Of a stretch of 64,000 nt of DNA, positions 25,871 to 40,555 are shown one piece after another. The notes beneath the pieces were generated by a model, which ran no database searches, had not been told where the DNA came from, and saw only the letters and a list, made by a program, of their open reading frames with translations. How positions within the stretch are numbered: position 1 is the first letter of the stretch; every line of letters begins with the position of its first letter. The DNA is from Chrysomallon squamiferum (lineage: Eukaryota; Animalia; Mollusca): contig CM022670.1 of the NCBI GenBank assembly GCA_012295275.1, positions 37,882,001 through 37,946,000 of the forward strand. Reading direction: 5' to 3'. The position numbers and the translations under genes are program-made.

Positions 25871-26569
25871 TGTATTTACAATAATATTTAATTATTCGAT
25901 ATAATTTTTCGACTGATATACAATCACCACATTTCCATCCATCCATCCATCCATACTCACATACATACATACTTACATACATACATGCATACACACATAT
26001 ACATACTTACATACATATACATGCATATATGTTCATACATATACACATAGATGCATTCATACATAGAAACATATACACAACAATGGAACAATAACAGTAA
26101 CATAATAGCATTTTCTAAAGTGATAATGCAACAGAATTATTAACGTTCTGTTTGCGTGTACATCATATATTCATGTTATCTTTTAAATAGCGTACCTGCT
26201 TAAACTTCTAAATAAATCATAATTCAAACTGCAATGAAATATTCATGTATATTCTCTAACAGGTTGCTAAGCAACATCTGAGATAAGAGAACGTTTATTA
26301 TGACGTCATAAAAAAGCGTTTCTTACACGAAACCTAAAGGGCTTTTCCTAAAAGGAAAATGAACGGATATTATTTATACTGAATTGCATTTATGCGCTAA
26401 AATTTTGTTATTAGATTACCTCCATTACCACGTAAAACAAAAGCGTTACAATCTCCGAGCACTTAGAAATAATGCTTCATAAAAAATAAAAAAATAATAA
26501 TAATTAAATTTTAGAAACGGTTGCTATGGAAATGGTAAGTTGTTTTAGCTAATACGTGGGAGTTTTTGT

Positions 26570-26600
<31 letters not shown>

Positions 26601-29482
26601 CGCCTTGTTTTCTTTACTTTTCTTTTTTTTTTTTTTTTTTTTTTTTTTTCCGGTTGCCATTTTTAAACTTTCTGCTTGCATTCTATCTAGTCTTCGATTT
26701 AATTTCATCTGTAAAGAAAACTCATAAAATATTTACATGTCAGGCAGGAGTTTGGGGCTTCGCTTGTTTTCAGACTTTGAAAATAACTGTATACGTAATC
26801 ACGAAAACACAAAGCATTTATGCTGTTTACACTTTATATATGATTACATAACACCGCATAAAGACGATTATTAATTTTCTCTGGCATATATTCAGAATAA
26901 ATAACACATCCGGCTGAATGCAACAAGAATCAGAATGTTGAGATGACCTTTATATTAAAGAGAGAAGCATATAGATTTTGTAAATGTTAATATTTAAATA
27001 GACTCTAAATATTTATGCTCCGTGGGCAGATGAAAGGTTCATATAGATAAGATAGGTGAATGGGGAAACATCTCTGTTTGTTAACCTTTTAAATGGAGCC
27101 ACAACTGAGAAATTTGGTAACGAATATGGATTTGATTATCGAATTCTTTTTTTTCTCGAAATTCGTTCATTCTACGATTTAACTCGATTTTTCTTGAATG
27201 CCCGCAATGAAGTTTTTTTCCACGTAACGTCTTTTGTTACATAATTCATAGTGATTGCTTATGTAGTTATCTCCGTCTTTTTATAATTCATTTTTCATCT
27301 TCAGGATATATGATAAAACATGTTAAAAAAAAAAAAAATAATAAAAAAAAAAAAAAGGATTTGCTAAAATATATTTTATATATATCGATGAATACGTTAA
27401 ATAAAATTTGACCAAAATCTACTCAAATCAGATTCAAGAAACGAAAATAAAAATAATTAAATACGTCAGCAGAACAAACAAAAAAAACAAACAAGCAAAC
27501 AAGCAAACGAATCCAGCAAGTTAAAACGATTTGGCTGGAAATTAACTCTTGATTATCAACGCATACTATAATCAGTGACATTTTCCATTATCTGTAAACG
27601 TAATAAACGTACAGTTAATTAATTACTTTACAGCACATTTACGTCTGCACTCTCTTTACGTCGGTCGCGTCACTACATACGTCAGACAGAGTTCCAACCT
27701 TCACAGACTTTCCGTTCGAGAATTCGAGAAAGTTCTGATACACTTAAACCCTCTGTGCAACCCGCGCCTGACATCAGCCAGCCCTCTTACATAAACTAGT
27801 CATCGATACTTGCTTTCGTGGCCAAAATATGACATTCATAAACACAGCCGCAGACAAAACTACGTTTGACCGTATGATACATAATTAATACTGTTTAAAC
27901 AAAGTCGGAGGTATACATCGGTTAGCAAACACTCAAGTCTAGCTATAGCTGTAATTGATTACTGTTACGGCGCAAGCCAATTAAAACGGGAGGTACGCGC
28001 GCGTGCCAGTGATGACACTTCTGCTCCGGATAATTGGCGGTTTGGGAATATTTAATACGAACTCGGATATTTAAGGCAAATCTCCCGTCCCCCACGATGC
28101 CACTGATGTGTCTCGTTGATGAATTGTGATTGGTCACTATATTATCCCTCTGTCCCCCGCTCAGGCAGATGAGAATGAACTGACCTGACACTGGAACTAT
28201 AAGTCAGAAAGTTTGAAACAAATGACTTGTCAGCCGACATCGATTTCCCCAACTACTCATTCAGTGAGGAGTCGAAACAAAGCGTATGTCTGTGACAAAT
28301 TTAAACGCTCTTTGCACCGAGCTGGATCCATCAGGTTCAGGACTGGGTGATTCGGTAATGAATTTCGGTCCATGAACTATTATTTCGCTAATGAATATCA
28401 GATTCAAAGCTACTTAAAACCTGAAGACAAATTCTTTCAAAAGTTAAATATTTTATAGGAGTTTAGAAACATTTTCATACTCTCATATAAATTTGTTTTT
28501 GAAAAATCTCTTATGTAATTAATATCAGTAAAACGGTAAATAATTAACAAACATTTGGGACTTTTTCATTTTTTAATTACAGCTTCTGAGTTATATTATT
28601 TTTGTTCTACTGCCAGCAAGCTTGATAAATCTTAATTCAACAAACAGAATGAGTAAAACTAAAATTCACATCACGGAATATACTCCATTAACCAGATGCG
28701 AGTTTATCAAAATGTAGATATACGCTCAGATTGTTATTTGTTAACTCGGGTTACAAAACAATATGCTGCAACACAAAAACGAGATTTTTTTATTTTTTAT
28801 ATTTTTTTTTTTTATAAAACCAAAAAAAGTTACGTCTGGATTTGTTGCAAATTGTTTGATGTTGCTGTCGTTTAAATAAGACAGCGACGTTTGTCACGAC
28901 TTGCAGTCACTGCAAACTTCTGTAATCGTTTAGAGAGCGACTTCCAAACAGCAGCAGTAATTGTTTCATTTTTCAACATAATCGTGAATCACAGGTAGCG
29001 GATCTGACTCCAGGCTATTAGAAAATAGATCGGATACGTTCCAGTCAGTTGTAAAATTAGAATCAAACCAGAACACACACGGTTTGAGTTACGCTTGGAT
29101 TTCGGTACAGTTTCCAGAATTAATTTTAAAGCTGACGAGAAAAACTGAACTGATGGAAAGATGACACTTATCTTGAAAAAAAAAAAAAAAAAAATAAAAA
29201 AAAAGATCCTTCTTTTTAACAACATTGCAGTTCTTACTTAAAGTGGAAAATTAAAAAACCAATAGAATTTCTGTCCAGATAAGCTTGGGCGTTAATTTGA
29301 AATCTTTGTTATTTTCTAGAGCATTGTGTCTAAATGTTAATATGATCTGCAGGCAGTTATATCAATATCTTTGAAAAAAAATTATTAACTCGGGAATTGA
29401 TGAACGGACTTTATTCCATACTTAACTTGATATCCTCATTCTCAGCGTGTATTTAATGCTATTTAAAGACATGGAACCATGA

Positions 29483-29774
<292 letters not shown>

Positions 29775-30115
29775 AAACAGGACCTCATTCAGATGTGATG
29801 ACGCCCCAAGCGTGGACAAATATTGTTATTTAACAATCAAAGAGATATTCGCTAAGATCTCTTCTAGCTGCGAGACCCTAAGCTAAGATAAACTGGGTAA
29901 GTTTAATAACGTACAGGTAATTAATTATTTTACAGTAAGTACACGGCTCTAAGCTTTACCATCTTTGGCTTAAAGGCAAAATCTGATGCCCAGCGTACTC
30001 AAGAGAAGTAGTTGGATAAAAACAGAGCGCGTTGATGTAGGCAGTTGTAGGAAGGATGACGTGGGAAAGAAAACAAAAACAAAAACAACAATAACAAATG
30101 ACAAAACCACCTCAC

Positions 30116-30497
30116 CTGTAAGAGACTGTTCTGACCGCGTGCTTGACCACAGGCACCTGGCAATGGCGATGTAGGTGAAGCCCATGACGATAATGGGCAG
30201 AATGTAGAACGCCACGATCATGAAGATGTCGAAGTTGAAGGCCAGGCGAGTCATGTTGCTCTGCGGCGTGCACGACGTGAGCAGCACCGTCAGCGCCCTA
30301 GGCACAAGGTCGTCGTGTTTCTCGGCGAAGATCCACAGGCGCGGAGACGAGGCGGCGTGAGCAGTGATCCAGATGACGATGAGGGCGGCCACCACTCTTC
30401 TCCTCGTCTCCTTGAAGGTCAGAGGTCGACATATCGCGCACCAACGTTCCACGGAGATCGCGGTCAAGGTCATGACGGAAACTATCACCGACACCGT
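30116..30497 (-). CDS. Orexin/allatotropin-receptor-like class A GPCR, TM3-TM5 exon (most 5' exon found; gene is 5'-partial in this window)
   Basis: Acceptor ttattgcag|ACG (phase 0) and donor G|gtgag (phase 1), 382 nt. Encodes TVSVIVSVMTLTAISVERWCAICRPLTFKETRRR...TVLLTSCTP...FYILPIIVMGFTYIAIARCLWSS. Compare orexin receptor TVSVSVSVLTL...DRWYAICHPL.FKST. Confidence 0.97.
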
Positions 30498-30593
30498 CTG
30501 CAATAATAATAACAATAATAATAATAATAATAATAAAATTTGATGGCGTCAATAAATGAAAGCTCAATAAAGATTAATTGTGATTACTTTATT

Positions 30594-30672
<79 letters not shown>

Positions 30673-30747
30673 TAAATGAACGTAAGTTTAATATACCTAA
30701 TCAAAATAACTGTAGAAGAAAACCAGTTCTTTTATTCATGTTATTGT

Positions 30748-30786
<39 letters not shown>

Positions 30787-33021
30787 GTAACGAACGAACA
30801 TCTCTTTATTATATCTGTCATTGACATCGATATCATATGGGATATTATTCACTCATTAAAGAATCTCCTTGAACTTTGACACCCAAGGAAAAAGTGCATG
30901 TCGCTCTGAAACGAAAGTATGAGTATTTGATAGAGTGATTTTGTTTTCCCAGCCGACTGTTTGTAATGTATTTGTCACGATACAGGCTGTTTCTGCCCAG
31001 ACAGCTTGACGTTTTGAAGCTCATAACAACTGCAGAGAAAGTAGTAATCTTATTACAGGAGATTCAAATTTAGAATTGAATTGCATCTTAATGCTGCAGC
31101 ATAAAATGCCAAACGTCCTCTTTAAACGATTTATTACATAAAATGGTCACAGGGGTTATTAAGCGGATACGAATATGAATGCTAGTGACATGTCTGTGAA
31201 AGAAAACAAAAAATAAGAAAAAAGAAATAAAAGAAATCGCGTCAGTTATCTTCTAGAGATCGTCTAAACAGTATGACTTGAATAATTCGGTGATTATTTC
31301 ATTGAGAAAGCAGTTATTTAATTTGCACTTGAAAATCAATTGTCATTTGTATTGTCTGTGTGCAAAACTGCTTATAGAACGAAATACCAAATGTGGCTGA
31401 TTCGATTTGAAGGCAGAATGGTAACAATAATCATAACCATAATAACAACAACGACACCAGCAGCAGCAGCCATAACAAGAACAAAACAAGAAGAATCGTA
31501 ATAATAAGCAATAGCAATAGTAGTAGTAGTTGTAGTAGCTATAGTAGTAGTAAAGGTAGTAGTAATAGTACTGGTAATAACAGTAGCAGTAATAGTAATA
31601 ATAATATAGTAGTTGTTGCAGCAGTAGAAATAATTAGATGAGCTGTAGGAAAACAGTAAACTTCAATAGCTGTAGTAGTTGTTGTTGTGATGGTTGTCGT
31701 TATAGTAATGGTGATGGTTGTCGTTATCCTCGTCATTACTAACATCATTATGAATTCAAAATTGCTAGATTCGAGTTTCAGTGAAAATATTTACAATTTT
31801 ACTTATTAGTGCCGAACATTTGTTTTGTATTATGATACACGAATACGTCTACGTGTTATTTATTGTTTCTTTTTGTTGTTGTTGTTGTTTTCTTTTTGTT
31901 CAGAGTTATTGTTACTGAGTAAAGCATTCTGTAACAGAAAGAGGATTGCCTTCACATAACCAGAAACGAAATAGTAGTCTCCTCTAATTCCAAAATGGTA
32001 TGGTATACCTCTAGTCTCGCTTGCTGCTATATTCCTTGTCACGTTTAGATTTCTGTCAGGATAGTGTGTCCATGTAAAACAACAGAACCGAACTAAAACG
32101 AACCCATGACATAAAATAAACATGGTTCTACGACATTTTTTTTCTAGTCCAGAATATTAAAGTGTATATACGACATTTTAAAACAGTAAAGAATTATTTA
32201 TATACATTATCCGATGTTGTTTAATATTTTAGAGAGGCAGAGAAAGAAAAATGGTAAAACAGAACAAGAAATAGAATAATAAAACAGAAAAAAGACAAAA
32301 TATTAATAAAAAAAAATAGTGAAAGAAAATAAGCGAATGCATTATTTCAGATACAGTGGAGAGAGAAAGTCCTTCTTAAAGGTGATTAGCAAAAAAACTA
32401 CAAATAACTGAACACTTCGGTTAAAATCTAAAATAACGACAATTTGATACCGACGGAAACACGTTTTGTTTGATCGCTAAGATGGGATAGACACTGTATC
32501 TTCGTCCGTCCGGTTCGGGAAGATTTTTAGATTATTGACGAATTTGAGATGAATATGCTAGCCATTCTAATATCTGTCCTCATCAGCAAACCACGGAACC
32601 GATGCCAAATTAAGAAACAACTAAGTTGCCCAAGGGAAAAAATCAACACAGAGATAATCCCAGACATTACTAACGCGGACCGTGGCGTAACACGATGACG
32701 CGCTGTTACAGAAACAAGCGGCTTTTACGCACTTCAGTGGAAGATTAAAAAAATGAAGAAAAAGAAAAAGAAAAAAAAAATTGCGGAAAGAAAACGATTA
32801 GCTTCGCTGCAGGCTTGATCGGTTAAGCAAAGCACAACTGACTTGCAGGAAATTACTGAGAGTATTTTGAGCATGCCAGGACGTCGTCCAAGAAAGAAAC
32901 GTTTAAGGAATTAATTGCGATGATAATGATGTTAAATGATTTATTTTGTTCATAATTTGATTTCCTGATACCATTAAATTAACTGTCTGTTTTATAAAAT
33001 TGAGCTGTATGTAAACGTATG

Positions 33022-33052
<31 letters not shown>

Positions 33053-34480
33053 ATGTATGTGTCTATGTGTGGTTGTCTCTGTGTGTATATGTATGTATGT
33101 AAGTATACATGTATATGGGTGTGTATGTATAATAATACAAAATGTACAGGAATAATAAATTAACATAAATTATTTTTGAACAGGATTCTCAGATGAAGAC
33201 GAATCTGATTTAAAAAAATGTATTAGATAATGCAGATAATTAATTTTTTTTTTAAAAGCCAAAAAAAAGCAAAACTCGAATATAAATGAGGTTAAAAATG
33301 AATAGTATCATAAGTCAAACGATTCCTACAGAAAATAAAATTCGAAATAAAGACGACACATATCAGACGCGATCATGAATTAACAAACGTATTGCAGTGG
33401 TTATAATCCAGCCGACTGGAACCACTCCCACATCGAGTTAAAGCTTTACCTAAACATCTACAAATTACATTTTAACCACGAGAATACATCACCAAAGGAC
33501 ATTAAAACTGTGGACGAGAGAAAATTACTCGTAATTTAAACGACGCAATTACCATATCAGACATATTATTGAAAAATATTATTTGCATGAAATCGGTGGT
33601 AATTGCAAACCTTTTGGTCTGTCATGAGCCAAGGATTAGCTTCGGGGAAAACTCTTACGAGATAGACACAGCGAAAACGAAACCTCCGAATCAATATCAC
33701 GTTACGCTGCACGGGTATTTTTGATTTCACCAGTGACGATATTAACAGAGTAAAAGTAGGTCCTTCCTTGACAGTAAGTATGCAGGAAATAATTTGCTTT
33801 TCTCGACGTAAAAAAAAAATCTATATTTTTGTTTCTAAACCGACAAACCGGGAAGGGAAGGGAAAAGGAAGGGAAAGGTATCTGTCCGTTTTTGATATGG
33901 AACTGAAGTCGTGCTAGACTGGTGCATGTGTGCAAACCATGGCGCTGTCATTTACCAAACGGGGAAAAAAAAATTCAATGATATAACCAGTTCAGAAGAA
34001 GAAGGGGTCGCGGGAAGCCTCGATTAGACTTGAAGCCTGAACAGCTCGCAGGACCGCTACATGGAAAAACGAAGCGACTTATTAACCAGCTCCATGTGTG
34101 ATTGTGTGTGTGTGGGGGGGGAGAATCGTGACGCCCAATCCTGTTCTACTGATTTAGCTGAATTCGATCACTCCGAAAACACTCTTCACTTTATGGCGCA
34201 GACGACTCAGCGCCCATTCGAATGCCGAGCACCGCGTCGCTAATCTAGAAGTTTGTGAACCAGTCGCTGCTACTCGAGTGCAGTCAGTTTGTTAAAAGTG
34301 AGCCCAGGTCACGGAGAGGTTTCACAACAGAGCCGTCTGATGAAAGCTAATTTCCTTCTGGTCCTTTATGGCATGTGTTTAATTATGTGCCTGTTTGTCT
34401 ACCCAGCACGCTTTAGCGATTCATTTCATACCTCGATATTATTTTACGTAAATATAGGCGCATACATACCTACTTACCTA

Positions 34481-34603
<123 letters not shown>

Positions 34604-35262
34604 TTATGATATTTAATAAGAATAGCTAACTTTTCCAACAAATGAAAATTATTTCAGTGAAAATAAAAGATAATAAAAAGAAAGAGTTTATCAGATTGTT
34701 GTATTTAGTATCTCAGTAGATGTTTGTCTAGACTGCTTATTTCATTTTCATGATTATCAGTGTAGTAGAGAAACAATTGTTATTGTTATTAATATTATTA
34801 TTGCTGTTGCTACCTATCGTATCAAAATATAAAGTTGTTTGTTAATACCTATATATATATATTGTGTGTGTATATATACACACATTACTTTATCAAGTTT
34901 CTGATAGGCTTATATAGGCCTACAAGGAATATTTGTAACATAAAACAGGACAAACGTTTTGACTGTCTTGATCTATGATTGGAAGGAAAATAAGCGCAAA
35001 ATTAAAAACAAAAAGGGTTTCGATCATGCCTATCAAAGTAATACTAGTAGAAATAGAAGTAGAAACAGTAGTAGTGGTAGTAGTAGTAGTAGTTGTTGTT
35101 GTTGTTGTAGCAATGATAATAATGATAGCAGTAGCAGAGTTTTATCATAAACGCTACATCAGCAGAACAGTTATAATAATATTATAAATGAAATAAAAGA
35201 AATAATTCGTATTGTAAAAGAGTGGAAAAGTAAGTTAAATGACAGTCAAACAAATGTATTGC

Positions 35263-35294
<32 letters not shown>

Positions 35295-35849
35295 TTGTGT
35301 GTGTTTTCACATACATAAATCAGCGTTAAACAAAAATCGTTTCATGTTTCCGTTAAAGATTTATATCAGTCGTCGATATTTGCATTAATGTAACCGGTGG
35401 GAATTGAACTCATTGCTGTGTGTTTGAACAGGAAACATCCTCTTGGCGAAACTCAGACCTCGCTGAGACAAAAATCAGAATAATTTTACTTGCTAATTTA
35501 ATATTTACGTGTAAGCACTTCCTAAGTACGTCTCTCGTGTGTTTGTCACTGACCCAAACAGGCGACGGTGGCGTCGCGTTTTAACGAGCAGTACGAATCG
35601 TTTCATTGTTGTTAGTTAAAGACTGGTTATATATAATATACACACGCAGAGAAAGAAAATAAGCGGTTATTCAGCTGGCATGCCTTGGAGCGTTGACATT
35701 ATCATTCGTCTAAGATTTCGTATGGATTGGAGGTTTTGGTGTTGTTGTTTGGTTGTTGTTGTTTTTTTGTTCTTTAGGGTTGTTTTTTTTGTTGGTTTTT
35801 TTTTGTTTGTTTATTGTTTTTTAATTATTTATTTATTTCTATTTTTACT

Positions 35850-35896
<47 letters not shown>

Positions 35897-36544
35897 TTAA
35901 TATTTTTTAAATTTGAAACCGTTTACTTATGCTTATATTTTGGTTCAAAAAGAAAATGAATGCTGAGTATTCGGTGCGATATAACACTGTTGCCTCAAGG
36001 GTTAATTACTGAGTTTTGTCAAACTGACAGTCAGCCATGACATTCGTCCGAGTAACATATACAAAACAGCGAAAGTGTAACTTGTAACCAGCGAATTAAA
36101 TCTTGACCAGAAATACTCATTAATTGCAGAGTCGAGATATCAGATTTTTGTCATACACACCGCTGAAGATTTAATGATTTCCACCACAGAAGTGTTGAAA
36201 CAGTGGGGTCTATATACAATAATTCTAGTCTGTTGCAATTACCCTATTTCCAATACTTCTTTGACTCACCTTTAGGCGTGTTATATGATCACTTAACATT
36301 CTCTCTCTTCTCCCTCTGTGTTATATTATTCATACACCGCCTAGGATGGAAATTCTCTCGTTATCGCCTTCTTGCAAGTTCGGTTTTGAAGGCTAAGGAT
36401 CTCGTCTAGATTATTTGTGTGTTATGTTTAAAGCATTTTTCGGTTTAAATCCAACTAAGATTTAAGCAAGAGTTTCGGATGTCAGTCTAAGAGATTTGTT
36501 GAGTTAGATTTTTTTTGTAAGAATATTTTTTTTTAATGTGCAGT

Positions 36545-36944
36545 CTTAGTACAATGGATCAGGTTACTGTACAGTATTAGAACAATGAGGCAGGTTACTG
36601 TACCATTGTTGTACAGTGAGTAAGATTACTTTTACTGCATAAGTTTAGTGCAATGAGTAAGATTACTATACACTTTTAATATGATGAGTAGCTTACTGTA
36701 CAAGCTTAGTGCAATAAGTTTACTGTACAATTTTAATACTATGAGTCAGATTACTGTACAATCTTAGTACGATGAGTCAAATTACTGTGCAGTTTTTGCA
36801 TGATGAGTCAGATTACTGTACAATATTAGTACGATGAGTCAAATTACTGTGCAGTTTTTGCATGATGAGTCAGATTACTGTACAATATTAGTACGATGAG
36901 TCAAATTACTGTGCAGTTTTTGCACGATGAGTCATGTTACTGTA
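36545..36944. repeat. 31-bp minisatellite (~13 units) with an alternating 62-bp dimer in its right half
   Basis: Units gattactgtacaatattagtacgatgagtca and aattactgtgcagtttttgcatgatgagtca alternate; units to the left are more degenerate. Confidence 0.93.
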
Positions 36945-39900
36945 ATGATAAAGTGATATCAGGATACACATCTGTGTGGTGGCCCGAGTGAGCTCAGAAC
37001 AGCAATCAATACAGAAATCAAATTCCAATACTTACCTGTAGTGGTTTAACCATAATGCCTGCTAAGTCACTGAGAGGGAAGATGGCTTATCCAATGTTAT
37101 TCTTCACCAGTGAATTCTCCTTGATCGAAGACGTGCTGTTTTGACTGTCTGACAGAATTTCAAAAACTCCTTACAAAATTAATCTTTAATTTGTATTTAC
37201 TTGTGTTGTAGAAATACTATTATTTGTATCCTCCCACAAACTCCCAATGGGATAACGCCCACTCTAAGCCACGGAAAAATGTGTTTAGCGTTTAGGGGAA
37301 GGTGCATATAATGGATAACTTGCTGCTAAAATTACGAGAAAGAGTTGCCAATCGCACGAGAAAGCTCATTAATTGTGAGTAATCGTTAACAGTGTATATA
37401 AACTCCCTGTAATAGTCAATTAAGAATGTCTCTTCTTTACTTTATTCTCTTGGCATGCAGTTAACTATCATATATCACATTTGTTACATCATTCTCAATT
37501 AGAAAACAGCTAAACTGTGCATCTGGAAACGCAAGATTACGACATGATATCCCTACAATTAAATGAAATTGCACTAACGATTTCTTCTTCTTCTTCTCCT
37601 TATTTTTTTCTTTATTTTTTTTTTTTTTTTTTTCTAACGTGATGATGTTTTAAACAAATCCATTCTTGTGCACAGGTGCAAGCAATTAAAATGACGTCAC
37701 CTGTTCTTCCTTTGTTATGTAAAGAAACAAACAGTGGATTCGGAGGTGATCAAAATAGGATCTGGCAAATTGCAATTAGAAAGAATTCAGAGAAAATTTT
37801 CTTTATGCCCCTGGAACAGATTAAAAACAGGTTTAATGAAAAGTACGATACATCGTCCACTATAAAAAATACATTAACTGCTCGTTAAGGTTATAAAAAT
37901 CTTCTTTTCTCAACCTTACTAATTCAAAAAAAAAAAAAAAAAAAAAAAAAATCCTCAACAAACACACGAAAACATATATATAATAATGTCTCTATATACT
38001 AAACAAACAAACTAAAATTATATCAAACAAAATTATTCTTTTCACGTCCTCACGAACCACCTACAGCAATTCTCGGCGACTTCGAGACTTTTTTCTTTTT
38101 TTCTATTTATTTTTTTAAATACATCCTGGACAATTACCGAGCTTCAAGAACACGGAAATACCACGACTGTGTCATTCAGTAAGTTGCAGGTTCCCCGACG
38201 TCACCGTTACTTAACAAGTTTAAGATTCTCAGCGGGAACCTCTTTCGTGAAAGCAGACGTGCAGTCTCGTGCTGGTCTGTTGAGTATTTTTCTACATGAA
38301 ATAAATCATCCAAATCAAGTTTGCTTTAGTTTACATGGAGACGAGCAGCCCATGGATATTAATATTTTAACATGCACAGACTGAGGACGCCGGCTGCTTT
38401 TTTGAGCTGTCTGCGGCTACGACGACGACTGTCCTGAGATTCGGCAACGAAACGTACTCTTAGAATGTATTTTTAGATAGTTTTGATAGAGCCATTTTAT
38501 AAGCTTGGATTTTTTTTTATTTTTTTTTTTTTTTTTTTTTTCAGACAGTTTTGATAGACCTTTAATTTAGTTATGAGATTTTTTTTTTTTTTTTTTTTTT
38601 TTTCGATCAATGCGACCGAAAATAAAGTGACCTGGAATAATTTAGTTAGCCGAGCTTAAATCCTAGACAAGTTTTTTTTTTTTTAGAAAAACGTTTTGAA
38701 TCGATATGAAAATACGGTTATAATACGACGAATGGAATAATCTAGCCGTTTAATCAGAAAACAGTCCACTTTTTTTTGAACTTTTTTTTTTGCGCTTTAT
38801 GTCCATTCATTCATACGGGCACGAACACGTGCGTTTTATGTAAAAAGTGAACATGAACACGTGCGTTTCAAGTAAAACTGAACGTGTTAAAAATCAAAGT
38901 GCTTTTTCAAGTACCTTGACATCGACTGAAGAGGTCTGACGTAAATCTGTAACTTCTAACAGCTTTCTCTTCTTTACATTCACTAACAGCAGCAACAACA
39001 TGATGCGCATATTAACTTTACAAATATTGCTCTTCAAAAAAAAAGAAGATGTCGCCCTTATAACAGCTGCTGTTGAATGCGTCGTAGATTTGAACCATCA
39101 CTCTTTCTTAATTTCCTCCGTCTCATTTCATACATCAGAGGATTCTGTGTGATTTGTATAATGACGGAGTAGTAATTTTTTGACGTTCCTTATGAAACTT
39201 TAATAGCACGATAAATACGTTGTTTTATACTTTCTGAATTCGTGCTGGTTGATGAATAACAATTAGATTGAAAATCCTGCATTTTACTACGACTCTTGAG
39301 TAGTTAATGAGGCCTAAATGATTCCTTTGTTAAATATTAATATTGGCGCTCGAAGGTTTATTTTAATAGACAGTCGGTTTGATAGATAGATAGATAGATA
39401 GATAGACAGACAGACATAGATAGATATATGCATACATACACATATATACCTCCAATCCATCCTTACACACATCCATAAATACACTCAAGCACACACACGC
39501 ACATATATATAGACACATGCATACACCCATGTACCCAACCACCCCTACACATACATACATACATACATACATGCATGCATATATATATACACACACATAC
39601 ATACATACATACATACATACATACATACATACATACATACATACACACATACATACACACACAAACACACACACATACATACACACATACATATATACAC
39701 ATACACGTTTTAGAGATAAAACAGTCCAAAGATTTCACTCATTAATGCAGGCTCCACATCGTTCCAGATCGACAGCTGTTTCAGTGTCGAAAGCCGCATT
39801 TATTAACAAGCAGAGCCTAACTCGCGTGCGTGCACTAACCGACTTGCAAAACATCCTGCGCGAACGAAATTACTTGCAGATAGTCTGCGTTCAACTAAAT

Positions 39901-40269
39901 TCCTTGACAAAAGTGAGTCGCACTCCTTTCTTAAAGCAGATTATCGTTTCTAATGGAGTAACTAGTATCATTCGTCTTCATTCCATTTCTTTCTCTTTTT
40001 TTTTTTTTTTCCGAGGAACAGACAGATCTTGTATCGAAAATCGATAAATTACGATTCTAATTTCTTTGCGGATTCCAGTTTTTAATTTAAGGCTGATGTC
40101 TCCGAGTTTCAGGTTCACCTGGGTCTAGATCTCTGAAAGGTGAGAACGGATCCTGGTGACGGTAATTGTCTTTTCAGTCACCGATGTGACTGTGACAATA
40201 GTATGTTGGTTTCGTTCTCTCCGACAGCACCATCATCATCATCGTTGCGATTGTTGCTGCTGTTACAAC

Positions 40270-40460
40270 TATAACAACAACAACAACAACAACAACAATG
40301 ATAATAACAATAATTATAATAATAATAATAACAACAACAACAACAACAACAACAATGATAACAACAACAGTAACAATAATAATAATAACAATAACAATGT
40401 TAAGAACAACAATAACAATAACAATAATAACAATAACAATAATAATAATAATAATAACAA

Positions 40461-40504
<44 letters not shown>

Positions 40505-40555
40505 ATAATAATAATAATAAAAATAATAACAACAACGACAACGACGACGACAAAT
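40270..40555. repeat. Compound (AAC)n/(AAT)n/(ACT)n trinucleotide tract
   Basis: Read directly; source of poly-N/T/L ORFs. Similar tracts at 23905-24235, 31420-31750 and 41050-41200. Confidence 0.95.

Noticed and set aside
29970-30115. Extension of the 181-aa ORF past the TM5 exon (EVVLSFVIVVFV...)
   Set aside because: It is intronic read-through after a clear G|gtgag donor whose phase matches the TM6 exon acceptor.
38822-38886. Two ~32-bp tandem copies containing the CACGTG E-box
   Set aside because: A tiny local duplication; two E-boxes are not enough to call a regulatory element.
39869-39900. Minus-strand TAT CTG CAA|gtaatt (YLQ plus donor) as the missing TM2-TM3 exon end
   Set aside because: An in-frame TAG lies five codons upstream and there is no CK or W motif.
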